Shown piece by piece: positions 1-10,731 of a stretch of 32,000 nt of DNA. Each line of letters begins with the position of its first letter. The stretch's first letter is position 1. The notes beneath the pieces were generated by a model. It was not told the DNA's origin and searched no databases. It worked only from the letters and a program-made list of their open reading frames with translations. The DNA is taken from positions 210,001 to 242,000 of the forward strand of contig NW_008806281.1 in the NCBI RefSeq assembly GCF_000400465.1, in the 5' to 3' direction. The DNA is from Wallemia ichthyophaga EXF-994. Its lineage: Eukaryota > Fungi > Basidiomycota. The translations under genes were made by a program, and so were the position numbers.

Positions 1-800
1 TTGAGCCTGCAATCTAGTCTTCCTTCTGTCGTCTTCTTCCTTGTTTTCCCTTTCAATGGCTTCTACAATCTGCTCAACCTGGGCAGATTCCAGCTGCGTG
101 CTCTTCTCGCCCTTCTTGAGAATTGATATGTCAATGTTCTTAGCCCCAGTTTGCACGACTTGGAGGAGTGATTTGATAGTGAGCTTGATAGCGTCATCGT
201 CGCTGAGATCATCCTTGTAGTTCTTCTCTAAGAATTCCCTGACAGTCTTTGATGATCTACCGATGCTGTTTGCTTTCCATGCAGTATAAATCCCAGAAGG
301 CTCAGTCAGGTATAATTTTGGAGTATTTTCGTAAGGATCGAACCCAGAAAGCAAGCAGCTAATACCAAACGGTCTAACACCACCAGATTGAGTATATTTT
401 TGTTGAATTTGAGCTATGTGGCGGGTTATATACTCCACTGTAACAGCGTCCTCTACGGTGAGTCGGTGTGACTGGCATTCGAGCCTAGCTTTATCAACCA
501 ACACTCTAGCATCAGCTGTAAGTCCTGCAAATGCCAATGAAATGTGGTCATCCAATCCAACAACCTTCTTCAACGATCTCGCGTCTTGAAGCTGTAAAAC
601 TGACTTCTTCTCGACAGCAAGAATAACGCAGTCTTTACCAACTAAACCAACTGCGCATGTTCCCTTTCTCACCGCCTCCAACGCGTATTCCACCTGGGAC
701 ACATACGTAAGCCACGAATAACACAGCGCACACAACAAACCTGGAATAAGTGACCGTCTGGTGAGAATACCGTGAGTGCTCTATCATATGATCTGGACAT
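1..800 (-). CDS. PRE6: 20S proteasome subunit alpha type-7 (alpha4); runs off the window edge at its 3' end; exons 741-800 and <1-693, intron 694-740 (47 nt)
   Basis: Spliced translation MSRSYDRALTVFSPDGHLFQ|VEYALEAVRKGTCAVG...[41 protein letters not shown] carries the proteasome alpha N-terminal signature and alpha4-type sequence. Not present in the ORF track. Confidence 0.95.
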
Positions 801-864
801 TTTCTCTTATTTGCGTGATGGTGAAAGATAGAAGCTGGCTCAATGGGTCTGGCTCAATCGAAAC

Positions 865-1960
865 ATGTCAAATCAGGATATTTTAAAAAGTTTAAATTAC
901 CTCGACAATTTAGATAATTTAGATATAAAGCTATCGAAATTAAATTTAAAATCTTCAACACACTCCCATTTACTCAGTCAGGTGAGGTGTTATCGAGATG
1001 AGCTAGGGAGGTATAAGGAGAGAGTAGATAGCAATTATGACGACATAAGTGTTATCAATGGAAGTATTCAAGCTATCAACACGCAACTCACACGAGCCAT
1101 CGAGCATAACACTCAATTTACCAGCTCAGTCCGTCAATTACTCAATTCCACACACACACTCCAATCCAAGTTGCAATCCACAGAGCAATTCCTCGAAACC
1201 TTCACTCTCCCTCCCCAAGCAGTCCTCTTGCTCAGTTCGAAAGACTACAACATGGATTACCCACTCCTCGACGCGCTAACGCGTCTGAACGACATCCGCC
1301 ACAAAGCCCAATTGCTACACACGCCCACTGGCGACCAATCCACGGCAGCTCTCGACATTCTCCACACATCCTCACCGCTATGTGAAACCGCGTATGTGAA
1401 AATTTGCAAGTATCTCAAACACCAATTCGACATGCACTATGCCAAGAGGGGCGGAGGGGAGGTCATTGTGGAAGGGCTGCACGTTGCGTGTCTGGAGCAC
1501 CTAGCCCAACGTGATGATCTCTACCATGAGGTGCTAGTACATCTGGCCAAACTCCGCAGAATGCTTCTACAATCACAATTCCTTACTGCCCTCGCAAACT
1601 TGGAAAGCAATGAGGATATCATCACCCATCCCGTTCGCTTCGCGGGCGAGTTGCTCGCGTGGCTCCACCAGCATGCGGCTGATGAGAAGGAGTTGATGAG
1701 CGACCTCCTCGCAAAGAAACCCGTCGAGGAAACTCTCTCTAGCGCTCTGTTGGATGTATCGCGGAGGATTAGGGTGGGTTTGCGCACTATACTCAACACG
1801 CTTCGCTAACTCACTCCCCGTCTCTCAGCTTCACCTAACACACGCACTCAGCTTCACTCACCGCTCGGAACAACTCACTGACCTTATTGGCTTCTATAAA
1901 GACACACTCACACAAAGCATACCTGTAGCTAGCATAACCGATCTATTTGCCTATCTTTGA
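865..1960 (+). CDS. COG6: Conserved oligomeric Golgi complex subunit 6-like, C-terminally short (~346 aa); exons 865-1773 and 1829-1960
   Basis: COG6-type motifs FLETFTLP, ALDILHTSS..ETAYVKI, HPVRFAGELLAWLHQHAADEKEL and LIGFYKDTL. Intron 1774-1828 (GTGGGT..GCTAAC..CAG) joins the ORF 865 frame to the ORF 1754-1960 frame. Confidence 0.75.
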
Positions 1961-2022
1961 CATGTCCATGTGTGTGTGTGTCTATATGAATGTATAACTA
2001 ATACTTTTAAACTCAAAACACC

Positions 2023-4221
2023 CTAAGCAGCCGCAATGGATCTCTTCACCCAACCTTCGAGACCACCCGCTGTCCAAATATCCTGCACGGCGGTACCAAC
2101 TCTAGGAGCTATGTAAGATTTGACGACGTTGCGGTCCGCGTCGACGACCTCAATGAGTCCATCAGCGGTAGAAACACGGACATTCCACCCAGTATGCACC
2201 GTCTGTTCACCATTACGACCACCCATACCGCGTTGATTATCTGGAGTGAATTTGCTAGTCATATCCTCAATCAACTCGGGACACTCGACGACGATGAGGC
2301 CGTTATTGATGGCATTACGGCGGTACACATCACCGAAACTTCCGCCGAGAACGAGAGGGATACCGGCATTAAGCAGGGCTGTTGCGGCTTGTTCGCGTGA
2401 TGAGCCTGTACCAAAGTTGAAACCGGAGGCGAGGACGACGCCGGAGTGTGTGGACGTATTGTCATTAACCCTGCTACTCGACTCACGCTCATGCAGCTTC
2501 TTCACCACTCCCGCAAACGACACGTCGTAGTTCTCCATGACCACCTCGGCCTGTTTGGCAGCGGTGATATCGTCCTGGTATGTGTATTTGCCGGGATACA
2601 TCCCATCCGTGGTGAGGTTATCCTGAGGGGCGAAGAGAAGTGGGCCTTCGAACATGGCTGGGAAGCCTGGCAGGAGTGGTTCCTTTGGAATGTTTTGGTT
2701 AACGTTTTGTGTTGTGCTCTCCTCCTTCTCACCACCATTTTCAATACTCCATTCGGGTTTATTGCTCGTGCTGAGGTGGAGATTATCGTGGAGTCCAGTA
2801 CCGGTGATATGCCCATTGATAGCACTCGCCGCTACGACAGCAGGAGAAGCGAGGTAAGCGAGGGCATTAGGTGAGCCCATCCTGCCTTTATAGTTGCGGT
2901 TCGTAGCGCTAATACCGACCTCGCCATCTTCGAGCAACCCAACACCTAGGCCAATACAAGGGCCGCAACCAGCCGGAAGAGGGCGGGCACCGGCATCTAG
3001 CAGTGTCTGCCAATCACCGCTCATCTCGCTATCCTTCTGCACGACTGAGGATGCAGCAGCGATGTAGAATTGCACACCCTCCGCCACTTGTCGTCCACGC
3101 ACAACCGCCGCCGCAGCTGCTATATCAGACGCACGACTATTGGTGCAGCTCACCAAATACGCCTTGTCGATCTTGACAGAGCGCTCTTGTAACACAGGCA
3201 GCGGCGTCGATACTTTCACCGAGTTGGGGCCGGATACGTGCGGCACAAGCGTGTCGAGTTGGAGAGAGAGGTGGGCGGCGTATTGCGCGTCATCGTCAGC
3301 ACGCAGGACATTACCAGCCAACGCGCGGATCCTGTCGCTGTTGATGCGCGGGTGCGGGCTGCCGGGTTGGTGGCCAGCGGAGGGAGCGAGGGCGGAGAAC
3401 ACCCCAAGATCGAGCTTCTTCGCCTGTGCTTCGTACCAAGCAAGTGTATGCTCGTCGACGGGGAACACCCCAGCCAGTGCCCCCCATTCGGTGGTCATGT
3501 TCGCAATGGCGAGACGCTCGTCGATGGATAGCATGGATACACCGTCACCGACAAACTCAATGACGCTGTTGAGCACCTCGTCGTGGTTGAAAGTGCCGCA
3601 GAGCGCAACTATTACATCCTTTCCACTGACGCCCGGCTGCAGACTGCCCTTCAACTCTACTTTGACGACGGGAGGTACTTGCCACCAGGTGCGTTGGGTT
3701 GCCCAGATGGCAGCAGCGTCTGTGCGCACTATCGGTGTTCCCAGACAGCCTACACCGCCGTACATGTTAGAATGGCTATCACTGGCTACGACTAGCGACT
3801 GTGGCCACGCGTACCCCTCCTCGATGAGGATTTGGTGACCTATTCCCCTCCCGGCTGGATAGAAATCTACACCGTGTTTATTCGCAAAGGCCTCGATTTT
3901 AGCGTACTTTTCCAAGTTCTTGTCAGATTTGTTCTGTACATCGTGGTCTATAGTGAAAACGGGTTGTCGGGGATTCGAGAAGCTGGTGGCGCCGATAGCA
4001 GCGAATTTGGAAATGACGGGACCAGTGTTATCGTGTGTCATGATATGCTGTGGCTTGATCATGACGTAGTCACCAGATCTCACAGGCTTTGTAGGAGTGG
4101 TGTACTGGCTGACGATCTTCTCGACGAGGGATTGGCGTTGGAGGGGAGTGGGAGAAGTGGAAATGAGTCTGTGAGTGTGTTTCCCGTAATTAGTAAATCT
4201 TCTTCCAAATCCACCAATCAT
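2023..4221 (-). CDS. LYS4: Mitochondrial homoaconitase (homoaconitate hydratase), 732 aa, intronless
   Basis: Aconitase-family motifs MTHDNTG, DHDVQ, SDSHSNMYGG, the Fe-S cysteines VSCTNSR and GCGPCIGLG, SATNRNYKGRMG, the swivel-domain motif GFNFGTGSSREQAA, and an N-terminal basic presequence. Confidence 0.96.
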   Translation of the reverse strand: MIGGFGRRFTNYGKHTHRLISTSPTPLQRQSLVEKIVSQYTTPTKPVRSGDYVMIKPQHIMTHDNTGPVISKFAAIGATSFSNPRQPVFTIDHDVQNKSDKNLEKYAKIEAFANKHGVDFYPAGRGIGHQILIEEGYAWPQSLVVASDSHSNMYGGVGCLGTPIVRTDAAAIWATQRTWWQVPPVVKVELKGSLQPGVSGKDVIVALCGTFNHDEVLNSVIEFVGDGVSMLSIDERLAIANMTTEWGALAGVFPVDEHTLAWYEAQAKKLDLGVFSALAPSAGHQPGSPHPRINSDRIRALAGNVLRADDDAQYAAHLSLQLDTLVPHVSGPNSVKVSTPLPVLQERSVKIDKAYLVSCTNSRASDIAAAAAVVRGRQVAEGVQFYIAAASSVVQKDSEMSGDWQTLLDAGARPLPAGCGPCIGLGVGLLEDGEVGISATNRNYKGRMGSPNALAYLASPAVVAASAINGHITGTGLHDNLHLSTSNKPEWSIENGGEKEESTTQNVNQNIPKEPLLPGFPAMFEGPLLFAPQDNLTTDGMYPGKYTYQDDITAAKQAEVVMENYDVSFAGVVKKLHERESSSRVNDNTSTHSGVVLASGFNFGTGSSREQAATALLNAGIPLVLGGSFGDVYRRNAINNGLIVVECPELIEDMTSKFTPDNQRGMGGRNGEQTVHTGWNVRVSTADGLIEVVDADRNVVKSYIAPRVGTAVQDIWTAGGLEGWVKRSIAAA

Positions 4222-4270
4222 TTCATTAATAATTCCTCAAGATGGTTGTTGATCCGCTACAACCAACAAA

Positions 4271-4960
4271 ATGCTCAAAGAGGTGGAATCAGCTGAAGAA
4301 TTTCAATCGTTATTGTCCAACAACCTCAATGGATTGAGCGTACTCAATTTCTGGGCTCCTTGGGCAGATCCATGCACTCAGATGAACGTTGTAGCCCGCG
4401 AACTGAGTGAGAAGCACACCGCTGTGCTATTCCTCAACATTGAAGCCGAATCTCTGCCCGATATCTCGGAAACATTCGATATTGAAGCTGTACCTTGTTT
4501 TGTGCTGCTTAGAGGTCACACTCTGTTGGATAGAATAAGTGGCGCAAACGCTGCTTTACTCGCACAGACAGTACAGAAACACTCCACCTTATCAAACAAC
4601 AACTCCTCTCAATCCACTACTAGCCAGCCTCCTCAGCCACCACTGCCCGTTGAGACCGAGGATCAGCTCAACTCGAGGTGCAACTCCATCATGAACCAAT
4701 CAGACGTCGTCTTATTCATGAAAGGGGATCCTCAAACTCCACGCTGTGGCTTCTCCAAACAGACTGTCGCTTTGTTGAGGGAACAAGGCATTCAATTCAC
4801 TCATTTTGATATTCTCCAGGATGAGAGTGTCAGGCAGAATCTCAAGAAACTCAATGATTGGCCAACATTCCCCCAAATTATCGTAAAGGGCGAACTCATC
4901 GGTGGTCTAGACATACTACGTGAAATGGTTGAAAATGGTGAAATGAAGCAGTTAGTTTGA
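4271..4960 (+). CDS. GRX3: Monothiol glutaredoxin Grx3/Grx4 (thioredoxin-like plus Grx domain), 229 aa
   Basis: WAPWADPC thioredoxin-like domain; Grx domain with LFMKG..PRCGFS and WPTFPQ..GELIGGLDI. Confidence 0.95.
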   Translation: MLKEVESAEEFQSLLSNNLNGLSVLNFWAPWADPCTQMNVVARELSEKHTAVLFLNIEAESLPDISETFDIEAVPCFVLLRGHTLLDRISGANAALLAQTVQKHSTLSNNNSSQSTTSQPPQPPLPVETEDQLNSRCNSIMNQSDVVLFMKGDPQTPRCGFSKQTVALLREQGIQFTHFDILQDESVRQNLKKLNDWPTFPQIIVKGELIGGLDILREMVENGEMKQLV

Positions 4961-5025
4961 GTTTGTGATACGTTATTTATACACTTAGTTGGTTTAATAT
5001 TACATTTGAACATTTTCACCCCTTC

Positions 5026-6245
5026 TCACTCTACTAACACCTGCTTCAATACTGCTGTGCGTATCCATTTCCTGCGACGCGTGTAACATCCCATACCATT
5101 CTTTGAACTCCATCTCTCCCATTGGTTGTCTCCATACGACCAGCCATTCTGATCAACACCATCTGCAGTACCCATTTCCTGGTTAGATCCAGCGATAGCA
5201 TCTATTGAAGACCTCGTTGGTGGATCTTTGTCGACACTTTTCTGTTTTGTCTCAGTGGGTGCCTGCGCAGAATGTCTGTTAAACTTAGCCAAGCCCTGTT
5301 TAAGAGCTTTTTCAGCACCCGATCTATCTACAGAGAAGGAGTGAGTAGAATTATCACCCTTGTCATCGTCTTCAGAGGGAATATTTGGGAGAGGGAGTAT
5401 TTTCACAGGTTTATTTTGTCCGGGAGTGGTAACCATCCAAGACTCATCTAACCAGGACCACGTGTAAACTATTTTGTCATTGGTTGATGTATCCTGGGGT
5501 AAGTTGAAAGTGTTAGGTGGCAAGACGGGATCTAGATTGCTGTCTGACCTGAAGTGAATGTGAGTGCGGGTGTAAGACTAAGCACAAATCCAACTAACCA
5601 AGTAGGTCTCTCGCCAGGAAGTAAAGCGTGTGTCCAATCAAGACCCATCCACCATCTTTGATTTTCGTATATCTCAAAACGAAACATGGTATCTTTAGAT
5701 TTACTCTTGTTACGTTTGAGAGTGTTTAGTTTGTCTTTAACCAGGGTAATGAAAGGGATGCGCTTGTCTTTGAGGGAGTATTGGCTGTTGAAGCTGTCTA
5801 GAATGACGTAAATCTCGGGGTTGTTGACTAGAAACAGGCAAGTGAAGGAGAATGAATAGAAAAAGCGTGTGGGGAGGATTAATCTGAGGAAAGCAGCAAC
5901 AGCCACAGCAATAGAAGATTGAGTAAAGGTGTAACAACCAAACTTAAACTGATTTAAACCAATATTGATCTTCTGAAGATGGATAATTGATTGATTGATA
6001 TCTTTATCGGTTTTAGTGGGTTTCTGAGTGGATTCAAATAGGCCAAAGAATAAGAAAGTCATTGCTGCTAATAATTCAACCCAATTGAAATAAAGAATAG
6101 CCAAATTCACAGCCAATAGAAAGATGAAGCTGTTTACCTTGTTATTGTATTGAAGAATATCGATTATGTTTGAAATATATCCCAGTGTATTTGTGTATTC
6201 TATTAGTAAATTCTGCAGCTCTTCTTCTCCACTGCCAATTTTCAT
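5026..6245 (-). CDS. Pex24p/Pex28-32 family integral membrane peroxin with dysferlin-like C-terminal region (~389 aa); exons 5599-6245 and 5026-5548
   Basis: Hydrophobic N-terminal segments, FEIYENQRWWMGLDW, WSWLDESW and GWSYGDNQWERW...YTRRRKWIR (DysF signature). Intron 5549-5598 (GTTAGT..CAG) joins the two ORFs in frame. The start codon is less certain. Confidence 0.8.
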
Positions 6246-6270
6246 CGTTGTAGTTTCTAATCAAACGACC

Positions 6271-7516
6271 ATGTCTGAATCATCATCAGAATTATCAAAT
6301 ATAACCCAAGAAGCACATCGACTTGTTTCTATTGGAAATTATAACGAAGCATCTAACAAATATTCTGACGCTTTAGAGATTGTACGCGATACTCACGGTG
6401 AATTGTCTGTTGAATCAGCTGCACTCCTCCTCAAATACGCTGAATCTCTCTACCTACACGCTGTATCCCAATCTGACGTCATTGGTAAATCTGATGAGGC
6501 AGGCGACACGGCAGATACGGCAGACGCGGCAAATGCAGCACACACAGCACACACTCCAAGCACAAGCAATGCAAGCACTGCAAACACTGCAAACACAGAC
6601 AATCTCATTCAGCTATCTGACGACGACGACGACGACGACAACGACGATCAAGGCGATGACGACAACCAGCCTGAACAAGACCCCGACCACTCCAACGAAG
6701 ACACCCCCGACGACGACTTCGGTGCTGCATGGGAAGTTGCCGACCTTGCCAAAGTTATCTACCAAAAGTTAGACGGCGATAACAACAAACTCTGTCTCGC
6801 AGATGCACACATGCTTCTTGGTGACATAGCACTCGAGTTGGAGACATTCGAAGCAGCCGCACTCGAATACAGCAGCTCGCTCGAGATTAAGAAACTAATT
6901 CTCAACCCGACTTCGCGAGTACTCGCAGAAGCGCATTTCAAGCTTGCCATTAGCTATGAGCTTGTACCAGGCCATGTCAGACGCGATACTGCACTCGTGC
7001 ATGTCCAAGATGCCAAAGAGGTGCTCGATGGGCGTCTTGGCGAGTTGAAAAAGCGCGTTGAAAGTGGTGCACCTGTGGAGGTGTCGGGTGAGAATGAAAA
7101 CAATGACAAACCCGCACTTAGAGAACGCGTTGAGAGATTGTCAATCGAGGATGCCACCAAAGAGATTAAAGACATCGAGGAACTCATCGGTGATCTTAGA
7201 GAAAAGGTTGGTTTACATTGTATCACACACACCCTTCTAACTAGTTCAATAGATTGCCGAACTCGAACAACCCCCTCCTCCAGCTTCTGAAGACCCTTCC
7301 AAATCTACTGTCGATGTCCTTGTCGCTGAAATGGATAAGGCTAAACAATCTGTCGCTAGCGACGCCCCCGTGAATGTACTCCAACCCAAGAAAAAGCAGG
7401 ACAAGAGGAAAGCCGAAGATCAACCTGCGAGCGAGGCTGACAAGAAGGTGAAGAGTGACCCTCACGCTCACCCAGGCAAAAAAACAGAAACAGAAAACGA
7501 AGAAACTCCAAACTAG
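6271..7516 (+). CDS. NASP/Hif1/Sim3-type histone H3-H4 chaperone (SHNi-TPR), ~399 aa; exons 6271-7206 and 7253-7516
   Basis: TPR with acidic insertion (poly-D), DDFGAAWEVADLAK, LADAHMLLGDIALELETF, LAEAHFKLA, and a C-terminal basic NLS (PKKKQDKRKA). Intron 7207-7252 is GTTGGT..CTAAC..TAG. Confidence 0.88.
6619..6639 (+). repeat. (GAC)7 microsatellite encoding poly-Asp in the NASP acidic loop
   Basis: Read directly from the sequence. Confidence 0.9.
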
Positions 7517-7564
7517 CACAGATATATCACTGAAACTATTTATGTTATACAAAAATAACCCCAT

Positions 7565-8981
7565 TCAATACCAAGGTTGACGATTATCCGTGATTGCATT
7601 ATGAGTGAATGATTTACCACCCTCCCCAAATTCGCCTACGATGTGACCATTGTCTGCAATACTCCTGAGTATGTATTTGTATATAACCAGTCCCTCTAAA
7701 CCGACAGGACCTCTAGCGTGAGTTTTGCCAGTGGCTACACCAAATTCAGCGCCAAATCCATACCTAAACCCATCAGCGAATCTAGTCGAAACGTTGACAT
7801 AGCACCCAGCGCTGCCAACGCCCTTCATCCAGGTGTTCTTGTTGGTGCTGTTTTCAGTAACAATACAATCTGTGTGATGGGAGCCGTGAGTGTTGACGTG
7901 CACGATAGCCTCGTTTATGCTGTCGACAACCTTTACTGATATCTCGTAATCGAGCCACTCAGTGTGGTAGTCGGTATCTGTGGAGAGCAAGAGCTGACTG
8001 GAAAATTGCTGATGAACATCTTTGGAGATATTCTCAAACGACGTCTGATCGCAGTGCATAGTCACTGGATTCTTATTCTTCAACAGCGCCAAAGCTATAG
8101 TGTCCAAATTGCTCAGTTGAGAGCGGTGCAGGAGGAGAGTTTCGGTGGCGTTACAAACACTTGGATAGTCTGTTTTAGAGTCGACTACTACGCGCACTGC
8201 CTTATTGAGATCTGCAAATTGATCGACATAGACGGAGCAAATTCCATCTGCATGACCCATAACGGGAATTCTGCTATTCTCTTTAATACTCTGAACCAAC
8301 GCTTTTCCACCTCTAGGAACGACAAGATCGATATATTTGTCGAGATGAAGGAGACTACTAACCTCGTCGCGAGTGTTGATAGTCTGGATGAGGTGAGGGA
8401 GAAGTTGAGTGCGTGATTTGAGTGCCTCTTGTATCACGCTGTTTAGTATTTGAGATGTGTGTTTCGATTCTTTACCGCCCTTGAGTATCGCCGCGTTACC
8501 CGATTTGATAGAGAGTGCAGCGACGTTGACGACGACTTCTGGACGTGATTCGAATATCACCAAGAGCACGCCAATTGGACACGCGACTCTGTACAACTCC
8601 AGCTCATCATCCAATTCAACAGCATAGCTAATCTTGTCGTTAGGATCATCGAGCGAGGCTATTTCCTCGAGTGATTGGATGATGCCGTTGAATTTGGTAT
8701 CGTTGTTCAACGCCAGCCTGCGCATCGATGGCGCTGATAGCTTGCCTTGTTCGACCAGTGTAGCTGCTTCCTGTGGGTGGAATTGGCTGGCATTTAACAC
8801 AAATTACACCCAAACACACCTTCAAATCACGCTCGTTTGCTGCATAAACCTCCTCTTTGCGGTGTTGTAGCTCGTCGCGTATCGCTAGCAGCGCATTCGA
8901 GCGCTGGGTAGACTCAAGTAACTGTGAAGCATCGAAAGCTTCCTTGGCTTTGTAACCGAGTAATTCTGCATTATCTGACAT
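7565..8981 (-). CDS. PRO2: Gamma-glutamyl phosphate reductase (glutamate-5-semialdehyde dehydrogenase), ~455 aa; exons 8820-8981 and 7565-8770
   Basis: CPIGVLLVIFESRP, LKGGKES, VPRGG, catalytic DYPSVCNATETLL, and HGSHHTD..NVSTRFADGFRYGFGAE..HARGPVGLEGL. Intron 8771-8819. Confidence 0.96.
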
Positions 8982-9016
8982 TCTCCGTTCTTCTCTCTTC
9001 ACAGTCCACGTTGAGG

Positions 9017-9511
9017 ATGTTGGGCGGGATATTGAGAAGAAATATCAGTCGCAGTGTTGGATGCAGCTACAGAGCTGCCACTGCATTCCCAAAGCTCACC
9101 AGACCATTCACGCACTCCCCCACACGCTTTCACAAAATACCTACCGACGGTACATCCACCCCGATAGGCCATGTCGATCCACGCCTTCAAATAAGCTTCA
9201 CTTGCACCGTCAAAGATTGCGGCGAAAGATCCACCCACGAATTCGCCAAGAGCAGCTACACCAAGGTGGGTTTGTCACCGTCACGTCATTCTTACTCGCT
9301 GCTTACACCCAACTCACAGGGCATCGTTATTGTTCAGTGTCCGGGCTGCAGCAATCGCCATCTCATCGCTGATAACCTTGGCTGGTTCAAACAGCCCGAT
9401 ACAGCCCAAGGAGAGCTGCGCACCGTCGAAGATCTCATGCGCGCTAAAGGCGAAAAGGTACGCAGGGGTGTTTTACAACAAGGTGGTGAAACTATAGAGT
9501 TTTCTGATTGA
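9017..9511 (+). CDS. ZIM17: Mitochondrial Hsp70 escort protein Zim17/Tim15/Hep1 (zf-DNL), ~146 aa; exons 9017-9265 and 9320-9511
   Basis: Basic presequence, FTCTVKDCGERS...GIVIVQCPGCSNRHLIADNLGWF. In-frame 54-nt intron 9266-9319 (GTGGGT..CAG). Confidence 0.93.
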   Translation: MLGGILRRNISRSVGCSYRAATAFPKLTRPFTHSPTRFHKIPTDGTSTPIGHVDPRLQISFTCTVKDCGERSTHEFAKSSYTKVGLSPSRHSYSLLTPNSQGIVIVQCPGCSNRHLIADNLGWFKQPDTAQGELRTVEDLMRAKGEKVRRGVLQQGGETIEFSD

Positions 9512-9530
9512 CTTGGTCCCTCGTTCTTGC

Positions 9531-10708
9531 TTATATTCTCTGTCTCGATGTATATGTCTCCATTCCACTGCTCTTATCTGTCTGGCTGCGACAGAACTTG
9601 AGTACCAGCCGCTCTAGCTCCTTGCTGTCTCCGAGGTCTTGAATAAAGGGTATGAGATCAGCAGCAAACCATTTGCCACGCATCTTGAACAACTCCTGGA
9701 ATCGTGTAGACGGTGCTTTGGAGAGGGAGGAAGAGGTGAAAAACTTGACTCTACCTGCTTCTATGAGGTAGGAGCCTTTGAGAAGGTCTAGTGAGCAGTA
9801 CGATGACAGCTCGTAGCCCACTCTTTCTTTCCAGTCGTCGATGAATGTTTCGAAAGGCGTGGGGTGTTTGTGAGTCTTCAAAATGCACACGCCCATCTCC
9901 TTGACAAATGCGTTTATATCGAGCGATGTAGGAGTGCTCATAAACCAGTCCATGACAGTATCTGTGTATTGTTTATCTACGTTGTGCTCCTCGTGTACCT
10001 TCTCCACCACCCTCTGTTTGTCCAAGTTAGTCATGGACATTCCCAGCAACTCGAGTGTATTCGCTATGAGATCGAGAGTGCGCATCAGGCATTCAGCATC
10101 TACCGGTCTGTACTCTCCGTTGTAGTGCACTATCTTGCGTGCTGTCAGAGCGTGTCTCATTTCCTCATCACTCGCTTGGATCGAGCTGCTCAAACGCTTG
10201 TAATCATATCGCAGGCTGCTATCGACGTCTCTATCTTTGTCTGTCTGTGTAGAGTGTGTTAGTGGCGGTCTTACTAGCTCATCCCGTCCTACACACATTA
10301 GACTCAGTTGGATCGAGTAAAACGCGATGTGAGAGTATTTGATCGAGTTTGTCCATATTTGGTATACACTTGTGTGTTTCGAGTATTTCATGGAATGTGT
10401 TTACTATGTGTGTATCGTGTGTATCGTGTGTATCGTGTGTATCGCGTTCAAGCAGCGTCAGGCTGTTGGAATGCATTCTATTCTTCAGCAGGTAAGTATT
10501 AGAGTTGCTACATAACACAGCATCCTCATCTCCGTCGCCTTTGAATTCCAAACTAAACGAGAAGTACGGTGAGTGATATAGCCAGCCAAAAACCACGCGA
10601 CACGCACACTTGTTGCTTTTCTAGCGCCTCCACCAGCTCATTATCTAATTCGAGTAGCTTGAACTCATTTTTATTCTTATCATTTAATCCCGTTGATATC
10701 CTTATCAT
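9531..10708 (-). CDS. DCC1: Sister chromatid cohesion protein Dcc1 (Ctf18-RFC subunit), ~356 aa; exons 10608-10708, 10297-10552 and 9531-10244
   Basis: FKLLELDNEL, LEFKGDGDEDAVLCS..TYLLK..HSNSL, IQASDEEM and PSTRFQELFKMRGKW..DLIPFIQDL. Introns 10553-10607 and 10245-10296 restore one frame. Confidence 0.88.
10408..10443 (-). repeat. 9-nt tandem repeat (GATACACAC)x4 encoding (DTH)4 in a Dcc1 linker
   Basis: Four exact copies of gtgtgtatc on the + strand. Confidence 0.9.
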
Positions 10709-10731
10709 TTTGAGTGTTTCCTTCAAGCCCC

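Noticed and set aside
2194-4296. Numerous + strand ORFs (up to 232 aa) antisense to LYS4
   Set aside because: These are shadow ORFs from GC-rich codon usage of a well-conserved gene, with no recognisable domains.
6166-6270. ORF-track N-terminal extensions (6166, 8924, 10714, 16990 and similar)
   Set aside because: They mostly begin at non-ATG codons or overlap the divergent partner gene; downstream ATGs fit the family N-termini better.
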